DNA from: an uncultured Gammaproteobacteria bacterium
GTDB lineage: Bacteria > Patescibacteriota > Patescibacteriia > SG8-24
Direction: 5' to 3'
Assembly (NCBI GenBank): GCA_964407925.1
Contig: CAYOXM010000004.1
Location: 12,389-76,388 of the forward strand
Length of the DNA stretch: 64,000 bases
Of the stretch, positions 39,229 through 48,130 are shown one piece after another. Within the stretch, counting starts at the first letter, position 1, and the number at the start of each line of letters is the position of its first letter. Under the pieces are notes generated by a model, which did not search any database, had not been told where the DNA came from, and worked only from the letters and a program-made list of their open reading frames with translations. A program made the translations under genes and the position numbers.

Positions 39229-40572
39229 GTGAAAATCGGCTATCCTCCGCAGGATATGAAATTCGGCGACAAGGCCGTCCTGAAAATCACGGACGTCGAC
39301 AAGAAGGGACGGGGCTGCGGTCTCGTCGGCGAGCGCGCGGCCTGCGCCAACTTTACCGTTCCCGGCGAGGAAGTCGAGGCTCGGCTCGTCGCGCGGCGGC
39401 ACGGCATGCTGCGGATGGAAATCGAGAACGTCCTCGTCGCGTCGCCGCACCGCGTCGCTCCCCGCTGCCCGTACGCCGGCAAATGCGGCGGCTGCGCGTG
39501 GCAGCAGTTTGATTACGCCTACCAGCTCTCTCTGAAACGCGATCTCGTAAACCGCGCGTTCGCAGCCGGAGGACTCGCGGAACGCATCGACGCAGTCATC
39601 CCCGCGCCAGACCTCTTTTATTATCGCAACCGGATGGACTACTGCGTCGGTTGGAAGGGCGAAGTCGGCCTCAAGGAACCCGGCAGGTGGAACGCCTACG
39701 TGGACTTGGACGAATGCCACCTGCTTTCCCCCGATGCCGTCAAGGCGATAGGACGGTTCAGGTCGTGGATGCGCGAGAATGCCGTCGCGCCCTGGGACGC
39801 GAAGCGGCAGACGGGCTACGCGCGATACCTCGTCATCCGCGAAGGCAAGAATACCGGCCGGCGCATGATAACGGTCGTCACGTCCGAGGGGACGCTGCCC
39901 GGAAGGGACGGGCTTGTCGCGGCGCTCGCCGAATTCGCGACGACCGTCTACCACGGGATAAATCCGACCGTCACCGACCTTTCGACCGCCTCGCGCCTGG
40001 AACTGCTCCACGGGGAACAGTTCCTCGAGGAGACGGTCGACGGCCGCACGTTCGCCATCCATCCGAATTCTTTCTTTCAGACGAACACCGCGATGGCCGA
40101 ACGGCTCGTCGGAACGGTCCGCTCGTTCATCGGGGAACGGAAACCGCGCGCTCTCCTCGACCTGTACTGCGGCGTCGGCCTGTTCGGCATCTGCCTTGCC
40201 GGCGACGCGACGAAGGTCGTCGGCGTCGAAATCGACGGGCAGGCGATCGACATGGCACGCGAGAACGCGAAACGGAACGGCGTCGCCAACGCGGCGTACT
40301 TCGCCGACAAGGCCGAAGGGCTCGTCTGGGAAAAGGAGCGGCCCGACCTCGTCATCGTCGATCCGCCACGCGCCGGCCTGCACCACAAGGTCGTCGCGAC
40401 GCTTCTCGCCAACGCCCCCGAGCGCATCGCCTACGTCTCGTGCAACTACGAGAGTTTCGTCCGGGACTTCAAGGACCTCGCCGCCAAGTACCGCATCGCG
40501 GAAGTCGCCGCCCTCGACCTGTTCCCCCATTCCGCGCATGTCGAACTCGTCGCGATGCTGGAACGAAAATGA
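39229..40572 (+). CDS. rlmD: 23S rRNA (uracil-C5)-methyltransferase RlmD/RumA family (TRAM + [4Fe-4S] + SAM MTase)
   Basis: 447 aa; Cys cluster 'CPYAGKCGGCAWQQ', SAM-binding 'LLDLYCGVGLFG', catalytic 'VIVDPPRAGL'. Start may be the second Met (39256). Confidence 0.85.
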   Translation: MKIGYPPQDMKFGDKAVLKITDVDKKGRGCGLVGERAACANFTVPGEEVEARLVARRHGMLRMEIENVLVASPHRVAPRCPYAGKCGGCAWQQFDYAYQLSLKRDLVNRAFAAGGLAERIDAVIPAPDLFYYRNRMDYCVGWKGEVGLKEPGRWNAYVDLDECHLLSPDAVKAIGRFRSWMRENAVAPWDAKRQTGYARYLVIREGKNTGRRMITVVTSEGTLPGRDGLVAALAEFATTVYHGINPTVTDLSTASRLELLHGEQFLEETVDGRTFAIHPNSFFQTNTAMAERLVGTVRSFIGERKPRALLDLYCGVGLFGICLAGDATKVVGVEIDGQAIDMARENAKRNGVANAAYFADKAEGLVWEKERPDLVIVDPPRAGLHHKVVATLLANAPERIAYVSCNYESFVRDFKDLAAKYRIAEVAALDLFPHSAHVELVAMLERK

Positions 40573-40589
40573 CCGCGCCGGCGCGGTCA
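40570..40589 (+). terminator. perfect 20-bp palindrome overlapping the rlmD stop codon, followed by a T-rich tract (terminator)
   Basis: TGACCGCGCC|GGCGCGGTCA then TTGCGTTTTC. Confidence 0.6.
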
Positions 40590-40612
40590 TTGCGTTTTCA
40601 GGGGAAAGAAAA

Positions 40613-40646
40613 CCGGTTCGCGAAGCGAAACCGGCGAAGTTTTTTT
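40613..40646. terminator. second hairpin + T7 run (terminator; could serve either strand)
   Basis: CCGGTTCGCGAAGCGAAACCGG followed by CGAAGTTTTTTTCG; on the minus strand the same hairpin is followed by TTTTCTTTCCCC. Confidence 0.55.
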
Positions 40647-41089
40647 CGAAATTGCCTCAATTGAGGCAGGTCAGCGTCCCGTCGGGGACGAGGGACAGGA
40701 GGGTCCAAGGCAGCATGCGTGCGACGGACCGGGGAACGGACCATCGGGGAAGATCGTGAGCGAGAGTGCCGCAACGGCGGATTTTCCTTGCGGTAGCGGT
40801 GCGCTCGTGGCGCTCCGCCACACCTTCGAGGATTTCCGTACGCAGCCTGTTGGCCTCGCGTCGCGTCGTCTTATTCGTCATCTTAGCCTCCGATGAGGAA
40901 TGCGCATCGCGTGAACGTGTCTCGTGCGGGGCTTGCGACCCCGCAGGCCGAAACCCTCCCGGACCCCTTTGCGCTGGTGTCGAGGAACGATGACTTAAGC
41001 CTAGCGGGGCCGAACGGCCCTGTCAACGCCGGCGAACCCCGCCGACTGGCATAATCACGGCGGAACGGGTACGCTCTCCGCGTAAACCT

Positions 41090-41950
41090 ATGGCTGATAA
41101 ACTCAAAAAATCCGGCCTCGCCGTTCTCGTCGGGCGATCGAACGTGGGCAAGTCCACGCTCCTCAACTCGCTCGTCGGCACCAAGGTCGCCATCACGACG
41201 CCCAAGCCGCAGACCACGCGGCATATCATCCAAGGCGTCGTCCACGACCCGCGCGGGCAGGTCGTCTTCGTCGACACTCCCGGCATCTTCACGCGCATCC
41301 CCGATACGCTGACGGCGAAGCTGAACGAGAAGGCGAAGGACGCCCTCGACGGCATCGACGTCCTGCTGTACGTCGTCGATCCCACGCGCCACGTCGGCGA
41401 CGAGGAGAAGGCAGTCCACCGCCTCGTGCGGAACGCGACGGTTCCGAAAATCCTCGTCATCAACAAGAGCGACCTGAAGGGCCCCTACGCCGACGAATAT
41501 CGGGCATGGGAGGAAGAGTTCGACGAGGTCATCGAAATCTCCGCGCTCAATCGCCGCAACCTGAAGGCGCTCGTCGACGCGATCTTCGGCTACCTGAAAG
41601 AGGGTGAGCCGCTCTACCCGCCGGACCAGATTTCCGGCGTCGAAAACCGGTTCTGGCTCGAGGAGCTTTTCCGCGAAAAGGTGTTCATGAAGATGCACGA
41701 GGAAATCCCCTACACCACCGCCGTGCACGTGAGCGAAGTCGCGGCGCGCGACAACGGCGTGACGTACGTCCGCGCGACGATCGTCACGACGTCGCCGCGA
41801 TACAAAAAGATGCTCATCGGCGCCGGCGCGCGGACCGTCAAGGACATCGGCCGGGCCGTGCGCAAGGAACTCGAGGAGGTCAGCGGAAAAAAATATTTCA
41901 TCGACCTCGACGTGCAGGTCGAAGAGCGCTGGCAGGAACGGTTCGAATGA
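41090..41950 (+). CDS. era: GTPase Era
   Basis: 286 aa; G1 'GRSNVGKSTL', 'DTPG', 'NKSD', C-terminal KH domain. Confidence 0.95.
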   Translation: MADKLKKSGLAVLVGRSNVGKSTLLNSLVGTKVAITTPKPQTTRHIIQGVVHDPRGQVVFVDTPGIFTRIPDTLTAKLNEKAKDALDGIDVLLYVVDPTRHVGDEEKAVHRLVRNATVPKILVINKSDLKGPYADEYRAWEEEFDEVIEISALNRRNLKALVDAIFGYLKEGEPLYPPDQISGVENRFWLEELFREKVFMKMHEEIPYTTAVHVSEVAARDNGVTYVRATIVTTSPRYKKMLIGAGARTVKDIGRAVRKELEEVSGKKYFIDLDVQVEERWQERFE

Positions 41951-42071
41951 TGGAGAGGTTGAAAGGTTGAGAGTTAATAAGGTTAAAAGACCCGATTGAA
42001 TTTCGCTTACCTCTCAACCTTTTAACCTTTCAACCTTTTAACCTTGCTGCCGCCTGTTATACTGCCCCCGT
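41951..42071 (+). repeat. intergenic imperfect-palindrome element C between era and the LOG gene
   Basis: GGAGAGGTTGAAAGGTTGAGAGTTAATAAGGTTAAAAG ... CTTACCTCTCAACCTTTTAACCTTTCAACCTTTTAACCTTG, then TGTTATACT (extended -10-like) 8 nt before the ATG. Confidence 0.7.
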
Positions 42072-42797
42072 ATGTCCATCATCAAGAAGCATTCCGACGA
42101 GCACAAGCCGCGGCTGGACGAGGAGATGAAGAAAGTCGACGTCTGCGCGTCGCCGTATACCGACTTCCGCTCCGGCGCGAGTTGGCGCATCTTCCGCATC
42201 ATGGCGGAATTCATCGAAGGGTTCGAATTTCTCGCCGACCTCAAGAAGGAAGTCTCGATTTTCGGCTCGGCGCGCTCGAAGCCGACCGACCACTGGTACA
42301 AGGAATCGCGCAAGCTCGGCACGCTGCTCGGCCGCGCCGGATTCACGATGATCACGGGGGGCGGTCCGGGCATCATGGAAGCGGCGAACCGCGGCGCCGT
42401 GGAGGCCGGGGCGGTGTCGGTCGGACTGAACATCGAACTCCCCCAGGAGCAGCGGGTCAACCGCTACGTCCGCAAACCGAAGAACTTCCATTATTTCTTC
42501 ACGCGAAAGGTGATGCTGTCGGTGTCGTCGCAGGCCTACATCTTCTTCCCCGGCGGCTTCGGCACGATGGACGAGTTCATGGAACTCATCACGCTCATAC
42601 AGACGAAGAAGATGTGCCCCATCCCCCTCGTCCTCGTCGGCAAGGAGTACTGGACGGGACTCTTCACGTGGGTGAAGCGGGCGATGATCGACGAGGGGTA
42701 CATTTCCGCCGAGGACCTCAACCTGTTCAAAATCGTCGATACCGCCGAGGAGGCGTTCGACATCGTGAAAGACTCGCAGGAACGCGCGTACTTCTAG
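42072..42797 (+). CDS. LOG-family (TIGR00730) protein, putative cytokinin/nucleotide riboside 5'-monophosphate phosphoribohydrolase
   Basis: 241 aa; 'ITGGGPGIMEAANRGA' and 'FPGGFGTMDEF' LOG motifs. Confidence 0.85.
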   Translation: MSIIKKHSDEHKPRLDEEMKKVDVCASPYTDFRSGASWRIFRIMAEFIEGFEFLADLKKEVSIFGSARSKPTDHWYKESRKLGTLLGRAGFTMITGGGPGIMEAANRGAVEAGAVSVGLNIELPQEQRVNRYVRKPKNFHYFFTRKVMLSVSSQAYIFFPGGFGTMDEFMELITLIQTKKMCPIPLVLVGKEYWTGLFTWVKRAMIDEGYISAEDLNLFKIVDTAEEAFDIVKDSQERAYF

Positions 42798-42821
42798 CAC
42801 GGCGCGCCGCGAAGAAAAAAC

Positions 42822-42852
42822 CGCCCCGCGGAAGCGCGGGGCGGTTTTATTT
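42822..42852. terminator. bidirectional terminator between the LOG gene and the convergent membrane-protein gene
   Basis: AAAAAA-CCGCCCCGCG-GAAG-CGCGGGGCGG-TTTTATTTT. Confidence 0.8.
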
Positions 42853-42857
42853 TCGGG

Positions 42858-43853
42858 TCAGTGCGCGCGTTTCTCGGGGTCACGGCCCTTGTAATACGTG
42901 TCGCCGTAGGCGAAAAGGACGAACAGGATGCCGAGGATCGGCAGGTGGCCGACGAGCTCGCTCGCCCCGAGAAAAATGACGCTTCCCATGAACACCGGCG
43001 CAAGGAGGACGGCGGAGAGCCGCGTGAGGAATCCGAACGCCTCGAACAAGCCGATGGTCGCCTCGATGACCACGAGCAGGAAGACGTACAGTTCGCGCGA
43101 GAGTTCCGCCCCCGTCCATCCCAGAATCACGAACGGGTTGAAATTCGGAAATTTGTCCATGAGCGAAAAATGCAGGTCCGGCCGGCGCCACTTGAGCAAC
43201 CCGAGCCAGAACACCGTGATGCCCGTGATGATCCTGAGCGCGACGTACGCCTTCTTGCGCTGCTCGGCCGTCGAGACGATCGGCTTGCCGAGGAACCAGT
43301 CCATCGAGAAACGGCCGCGGGAAAACGCGAGCAGGTACACGCCGATGCCGAGGTAATGGAGGTAGTCGAGCGCGTCGATCCACGGGAACAGCGCGAATGT
43401 CGCGAGGAAGAGCGCGATGACGCCCATCGCCGCAGCCTGCGTGAACAGGCCGATGAGCAGGAGCACGCCGATGGCGGATTGGCATCCGAGGAGCACGGTC
43501 GCGGCGGCGCCGTGCGGGAGGACGAAATTCGGCGCGAGCAGCGCGCCGCGGTACGACATCACGAGCAGCGTGACCGCCGTCGACACGGCAAGCACGCCGG
43601 CCGCGTAGTCGCGGAGCGGGCGGATTTTCTTCTCGTACCTGCCGTACGCGGGAAGTTTCTCGTACCACCGGTCGACGAACCAGCCGACGACCGTGAGCGC
43701 GGCGACCGCGGCGACCGCGCCGTACGTCCACCCGTTCGCGGTGACGAAAAAATCCGGCACCGGCGCGGTGACCGGGTCGACGGGGACGAACCATTTTTCA
43801 TGCGCCTGCGCCGCAGGCACGACGAGGCCGGCCAGCCGATCGAAGAGGCTCAT
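42858..43853 (-). CDS. hypothetical polytopic membrane protein
   Basis: Likely start MSLFDRLAGLV within ORF 42858..43943; 8 or more predicted TM helices; no recognised family. Confidence 0.55.
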   Translation of the reverse strand: MSLFDRLAGLVVPAAQAHEKWFVPVDPVTAPVPDFFVTANGWTYGAVAAVAALTVVGWFVDRWYEKLPAYGRYEKKIRPLRDYAAGVLAVSTAVTLLVMSYRGALLAPNFVLPHGAAATVLLGCQSAIGVLLLIGLFTQAAAMGVIALFLATFALFPWIDALDYLHYLGIGVYLLAFSRGRFSMDWFLGKPIVSTAEQRKKAYVALRIITGITVFWLGLLKWRRPDLHFSLMDKFPNFNPFVILGWTGAELSRELYVFLLVVIEATIGLFEAFGFLTRLSAVLLAPVFMGSVIFLGASELVGHLPILGILFVLFAYGDTYYKGRDPEKRAH

Positions 43854-43927
43854 GCCGCCATCATACCACGGCTCGCCGGCGGCGCGCACGCCGAATAAAA
43901 AAATCCCCCTCAGCGAGGGGGACGGCG

Positions 43928-44719
43928 TCACGGGCAGCCGCACTCCGGATCGAAATCCGTATTGCAGCCGTCAGTACGCGGCGAGAGGTGCATGAGCGTG
44001 TAGCCCCAGCGCCAGCCGAGGCCGCCCGCCATGTATCCGTAGGCGAGCTGGTCGTAGGTGACGTCGAAGACGCCGTTGTAAGGATCGATCACGCGGTACG
44101 TCGACTTGCCGTACGCCGACGGACCGTAACCGCTCACGACGACGACGTGCCCCGCGAACGAGTTCAGGTACCCGACGATGATCGGCCTGCCGTTCGAGAG
44201 CTCGATACGCACTGCGGTCTCGCTGATGCCGCTGTCGAGCGCGGTGCCGTGGATGCCGAGCGTGGTGCCGAGGATGTACTCCATCTGCGGCTGGGGCGCC
44301 GGCTGGTTGCACGGTTGGTAGCCGCAGGCCGCGTAGTTGCAACAGACGGGCTGGGAAAAGCCGGCCTTGTACGAGGCGAGCTGGCACTCGCCCGCAGCGA
44401 TGCCGTAGTAGTTCGCCACCATCGTGATGGTCGCGGCCCAGCACCACTGCTGGCAGTACTGCGCGAGCGGGGTGACCGGAAGCAGGACGCCGTCGGGATC
44501 GGGCGAGAGCCGGTCGCCGCAGTACCCGCCCGGATTCGGGCCGGGTCCCGGTCCGGGTTTCCCAGGAGCATAGCCGCAGTCGCGCGGACAGGTATACGGC
44601 GATTCGTAGTTGTTGCAGGCGCCATCGCCGCAGTACGGCGCGGGCGGTCCGCAACTCGCTGCGACGAGCGCGACGATGGCGACGGCGACGATCGACCAAA
44701 TGGCGTTCAAAGTACGCAT
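43928..44719 (-). CDS. papain-like (C1/C39-like) cysteine peptidase lipoprotein
   Basis: Internal start MRTLNAIWSIVAVAIVALVAAS|CG (lipobox). Gly/Pro-rich linker, 'QQWCWAATITM' (catalytic Cys context), 'AGHVVVVSGYG' (His), 'GWRWGY' (Asn/Trp region). Own promoter and strong SD upstream. Confidence 0.65.
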   Translation of the reverse strand: MRTLNAIWSIVAVAIVALVAASCGPPAPYCGDGACNNYESPYTCPRDCGYAPGKPGPGPGPNPGGYCGDRLSPDPDGVLLPVTPLAQYCQQWCWAATITMVANYYGIAAGECQLASYKAGFSQPVCCNYAACGYQPCNQPAPQPQMEYILGTTLGIHGTALDSGISETAVRIELSNGRPIIVGYLNSFAGHVVVVSGYGPSAYGKSTYRVIDPYNGVFDVTYDQLAYGYMAGGLGWRWGYTLMHLSPRTDGCNTDFDPECGCP

Positions 44720-44765
44720 GAGCCTCCTCCTTGTCTTGTCCGTCCGGCTCTGAACGGGACTGCGC

Positions 44766-44794
44766 AGCGTAGCCGAAAAACGAACTCCCGTCAA
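44766..44794 (-). promoter_or_regulatory. promoter of the papain-like lipoprotein gene (TTGACG-17-TACGCT) with strong SD
   Basis: Minus strand TTGACGGGAGTTCGTTTTTCGGCTACGCT; AAGGAGGAGG 5 nt before the ATG. Confidence 0.5.
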
Positions 44795-44804
44795 CCCGTC
44801 AGGC

Positions 44805-44843
44805 AAAAGAAAACCGCCCGCGCACACGAAAGTGCGGGGCGGT
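44805..44843 (-). terminator. terminator downstream of nadE
   Basis: Minus strand CCGCCCCGCAC-TTTCGTG-TGCGCGGGCGG followed by TTTTCTTTTG. Confidence 0.65.
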
Positions 44844-44851
44844 CGCGCGAA

Positions 44852-46924
44852 TCAGCGAATCGCGTCGGGAACGTTCGCCTCGAGCTCGTCGAGCCACATC
44901 CGTGCCGTGGCGTCCGACGGCATCCGCCAGTCGCCGCGCGGCGAGATTGCCGTGAGGCCGACCTTCGGACCGTCGGGCAGGCACGAACGCTTGAACTGGC
45001 TGCCGACGAAACGCTGAAGGAACAGCCGCAGCCAGCGTTTGACGGTCGCGAGGTCGTACTTCCCGTCGAAGGCGTGGAGCGCCAGCCGCGCGATGCGCGA
45101 CGGACGGTAGCCCCAGCGGACCGTGCAGTAGCCGAAGAAGTCGTGGAGCTCGTACGGCCCGATGATCGACTCCGTCTTCTGCGCGATCTTCCCGTGCTCG
45201 TCCGGCGGAAGGAGTTCCGGGGAAATCTCCGTGTCGAGGACGTCCTTGAGGACCGCCCGGACTTCGGGCTCCTTCGCGTAGATGACTTCCGCCGTCCAGC
45301 CGATGAGGAACGAGATGAGCGTCTTCGGGACGCCCGCGTTCACGCCGTAGTGGCTGGCATGGTCGCCGAACATCGTGCACCAGCCGAGCAGGAGCTCGGA
45401 CAAGTCGCCGGTGCCGAGCACCATCGCGCCCTCGAATCCGGAGACCGAAAAGAGCACGTGCTTCCTCGACCACGCCTGGACGTTCTCGAAGAACGTCCGA
45501 CGGCGCAGGGTCACGACGCTCGCGTCCCCCGCGGCGATGCCGGCCTTGATCTCCGCGATGAAGGCGCCGGCGTCGTCGATGCCGAGGTCACGGAAGGTCT
45601 GCGAGGAGAGGTCGCGGATAGAAATTTCCCGGAACGTCCCGCCGATCGCCTTGATGAGCCGACAGGCGTTCTGATAGGTCCGGTCCGTGGTCCCGAAGCC
45701 GGGCATGGTGACGCCGACGATGTTCGTGCGCGGCAGACCAAGCAGGTCCATGGCATAGGCAGCCACGAGAATCGCCTGCGTCGAGTCCTGCCCGCCGGAG
45801 ACGCCGATGACGAGCTTGCGCATATCCGGGCGGAGCGACTCGAGCTTCCGCGCGAGCGCCGTCGCCTGGATCATGAACGTCTCCCGGCACCGCTCGTCCC
45901 GCCGCTTGGGGTCTGACGGCACGAAGGGGTGCGGTTCGACGGAGCGCTTGAGCGCGCGGTACGTCGCCGCCGCCGCGCCGGATTCCGTACGGTGGCGGAA
46001 CGCCGCGGTGCGGAACGGCGTACGGCGGTCGCTCGCATTCTGGTGGAACGAGCTCTGCCGGATGCGATCCTGTTGCAGCGATTCGAGGTCCACGTCGACG
46101 ACCGCGCTCGCGCCCTTGAGCGAGAACCGTTCGGTCCGCGCGACGAGCGCGCCGCGTTCGGCGACGTACCCGTCGCCGTCCCACGAAAGGTCGGTCGACG
46201 ACTCGCCGAAACCCGCGGCGCTGTACATTTGCACCGCGAGATTGCGTCCGGACGATCCCACGACGAGCTGCTCGCGGTACTCGGCCTTGCCGATCGTGAT
46301 GTTCGACGCCGACAGGTTGGCGAGCACGGTCGCGCCCGCGAGGGCGGCGACGGTCGACGGCGGAATCGGGACCCAGATGTCCTCGCACACTTCCGTATGC
46401 AGGACGAATCCCGAACCGTCGGTCGCCGCGACGAGGACGTCGGTACCGAACGGCACGACGTCCTCGTGGATGCGAATTTCCCTGCTGCGCGCCTCGCATC
46501 CGCGGGCGAAGTGCCGGAGTTCGTAGAACTCGCGGTACTCGGGCGGGTACGACTTCGGCGCGACGGCGATGACGTGGCCGTTCTGGCAGGTGACCGCGCA
46601 GTTGTAGACGGCGTCGTCCACGAGGAGCGGCATGCCTACCGAGAACAGCAGGTCGCGCCAACGGGTCGAATTCGCCAGAATCGAACTCAAGGCGCGCAAG
46701 GCGCCTTCGAGCAGGACCTGCGAATGGAACAGGTCGGCGCAACTGTAACCGGTGAGCCCGAGCTCGGGACAGAGCGCGTAGCAGGCGCCGTCCTTGTATG
46801 CGACGTCGAGCGCGTCGACGTGCGCTGCGGCGTTCGCCGCGGGATCGGCAACGGTCACGCGCGGAATGACGACCGCGACGCGACTGAAACCGTGTTCGAG
46901 TACGTTCAAGAAATCGTCTGACAT
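44852..46924 (-). CDS. nadE: glutamine-dependent NAD+ synthetase (nitrilase-like glutaminase domain + NAD synthetase domain)
   Basis: ~690 aa long-form NadE: N-terminal CN-hydrolase domain, C-terminal PP-loop 'GVSGGQDST'. Start chosen at the second Met (MSDDF), preceded by GAAGGAGG. Confidence 0.9.
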   Translation of the reverse strand: MSDDFLNVLEHGFSRVAVVIPRVTVADPAANAAAHVDALDVAYKDGACYALCPELGLTGYSCADLFHSQVLLEGALRALSSILANSTRWRDLLFSVGMPLLVDDAVYNCAVTCQNGHVIAVAPKSYPPEYREFYELRHFARGCEARSREIRIHEDVVPFGTDVLVAATDGSGFVLHTEVCEDIWVPIPPSTVAALAGATVLANLSASNITIGKAEYREQLVVGSSGRNLAVQMYSAAGFGESSTDLSWDGDGYVAERGALVARTERFSLKGASAVVDVDLESLQQDRIRQSSFHQNASDRRTPFRTAAFRHRTESGAAAATYRALKRSVEPHPFVPSDPKRRDERCRETFMIQATALARKLESLRPDMRKLVIGVSGGQDSTQAILVAAYAMDLLGLPRTNIVGVTMPGFGTTDRTYQNACRLIKAIGGTFREISIRDLSSQTFRDLGIDDAGAFIAEIKAGIAAGDASVVTLRRRTFFENVQAWSRKHVLFSVSGFEGAMVLGTGDLSELLLGWCTMFGDHASHYGVNAGVPKTLISFLIGWTAEVIYAKEPEVRAVLKDVLDTEISPELLPPDEHGKIAQKTESIIGPYELHDFFGYCTVRWGYRPSRIARLALHAFDGKYDLATVKRWLRLFLQRFVGSQFKRSCLPDGPKVGLTAISPRGDWRMPSDATARMWLDELEANVPDAIR

Positions 46925-47052
46925 GCCGCGATCCTCCTTCGCCATGCTGGTTGACGTTGCGTCGTTGTAAGGAGCGGGTCCTCCTTTCTCCGTGCCGCTG
47001 CGGCAAGCGGCGCGGGGAAAGGAGGCCGTGCCCGGAAAGGCACGGCGCGACC

Positions 47053-48015
47053 TCAGTCGTCGATCTGGTCGTCCGCCTCGTCGTCATCGTCGAAGATGAC
47101 GCGGGCGATCGAGCGATTCAGCGAGATGACTTCGAAAGGAGCGAGCTTCTCCACCTTGGCGGCGGTCTTGGGGCAGGAATCCGTGATCCACACCTTGGTA
47201 AATCCGGCATTCAGGAATTTCTTCCATGAGTCCTTCGGACAGCTGGCATGCGTCGCGAAGGCGCTCACCTTCGACGCGCCCGCGTCGAGGAGCGCCTTGC
47301 CGCACTCGATGGTCGTGCCGCCGGACTTGATGATGTCGTCGACGATGACCACGTGACGGCCGCGCACCTCGCCCTCGCGGACCGTGACGATGCGCCTGTC
47401 GCCGTCACGGACCTTGTCGCAGATCACGAGAGGAAACGCGCGGTCGCCCTTCTTCGATCCGTCGAACATCGCCTTGAACCGCTTCCAGGCGCCGATGTCG
47501 GGAAACGCGATCGACACGTCTTCGCCCTCGAGCGCGGTCTTCAGGTACTTCGTGCCGGTCTTGTACCGGGTCACGACGTTGTCGCCGAAGTAGTGCCGCT
47601 GGCCGAGCGCGTGGATGTCGTAGAGCACGACCTCCACGGGACCGCTCCGGCAGAGCGGCGTGGCGGAAAGCATCCGCGCGAACGTCTTCGCGGTGACCAC
47701 TTGGCTTTCGGTGTCGCCGCGCTCGAGCGTCCCGGTCGGGTAGTACGGCATGATCACCTTGATCTCCCTCGCGCCGAGGCGAGGCAAGGTATAGATGACG
47801 CTCAGCTGGCCGAAGACGTCCTCGACCGAGTCGAACGAGGCGAGAAAGGCGGCGCGCTTCTGGCGGATGCGCTCCTCCTTGCCGACGAAGACGTTCGGCC
47901 ACCCGTCCTCGAACGTCTTCCAGGAAATCTTGCCAAGGTGGATCTTGTCGTTCGCCTCGCAGATCTTCTGCGCGAGGCCCTTCATCTGCGGGCAGTGGAA
48001 AAGGACCGCTTCCAT
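47053..48015 (-). CDS. prs: ribose-phosphate pyrophosphokinase (PRPP synthetase) with acidic C-terminal tail
   Basis: Start MEAVLFHCPQMKGLAQKI; PRPP-binding 'VVIVDDIIKSGGT'. Unusual DDDDEADDQIDD tail. Confidence 0.8.
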   Translation of the reverse strand: MEAVLFHCPQMKGLAQKICEANDKIHLGKISWKTFEDGWPNVFVGKEERIRQKRAAFLASFDSVEDVFGQLSVIYTLPRLGAREIKVIMPYYPTGTLERGDTESQVVTAKTFARMLSATPLCRSGPVEVVLYDIHALGQRHYFGDNVVTRYKTGTKYLKTALEGEDVSIAFPDIGAWKRFKAMFDGSKKGDRAFPLVICDKVRDGDRRIVTVREGEVRGRHVVIVDDIIKSGGTTIECGKALLDAGASKVSAFATHASCPKDSWKKFLNAGFTKVWITDSCPKTAAKVEKLAPFEVISLNRSIARVIFDDDDEADDQIDD

Positions 48016-48084
48016 CGTGTTCCCTCCTGACTGATGTCGCACGTGCACACTTCCGCGTTTCGTCCTCGGCAGCCGACGACCGTC

Positions 48085-48125
48085 GGCAACCGAGGAAAAA
48101 CGCGGAGACGGCAGACCGTCTCCGC
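48085..48125 (-). terminator. terminator downstream of pncB, upstream of prs
   Basis: Minus strand GCGGAGACGG-TCTG-CCGTCTCCGC-GTTTTT, then a second nested hairpin and the AGGAGGG SD of prs. Coordinates approximate. Confidence 0.6.
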
Positions 48126-48130
48126 GCGGC

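Noticed and set aside
40657-40881. 74-aa minus-strand ORF (MTNKTTRREANRLRTEILEG...) inside the rlmD-era gap
   Set aside because: Arg-rich, with no SD and no recognisable fold. It more likely reflects chance within a structured non-coding region, though a small RHH-like protein cannot be excluded.
40650-41089. Attempted assignment of the gap to SRP RNA, RNase P RNA or tmRNA
   Set aside because: Only a short match to 4.5S RNA (CCAAGGCAG) was found. Conserved RNase P (GGAAAGUCCGG, ACAGAAACCCGGCUUA-like) and tmRNA (GGUUCGAUUCC...CCACCA) signatures were not seen on either strand. It was left as an unclassified candidate ncRNA.
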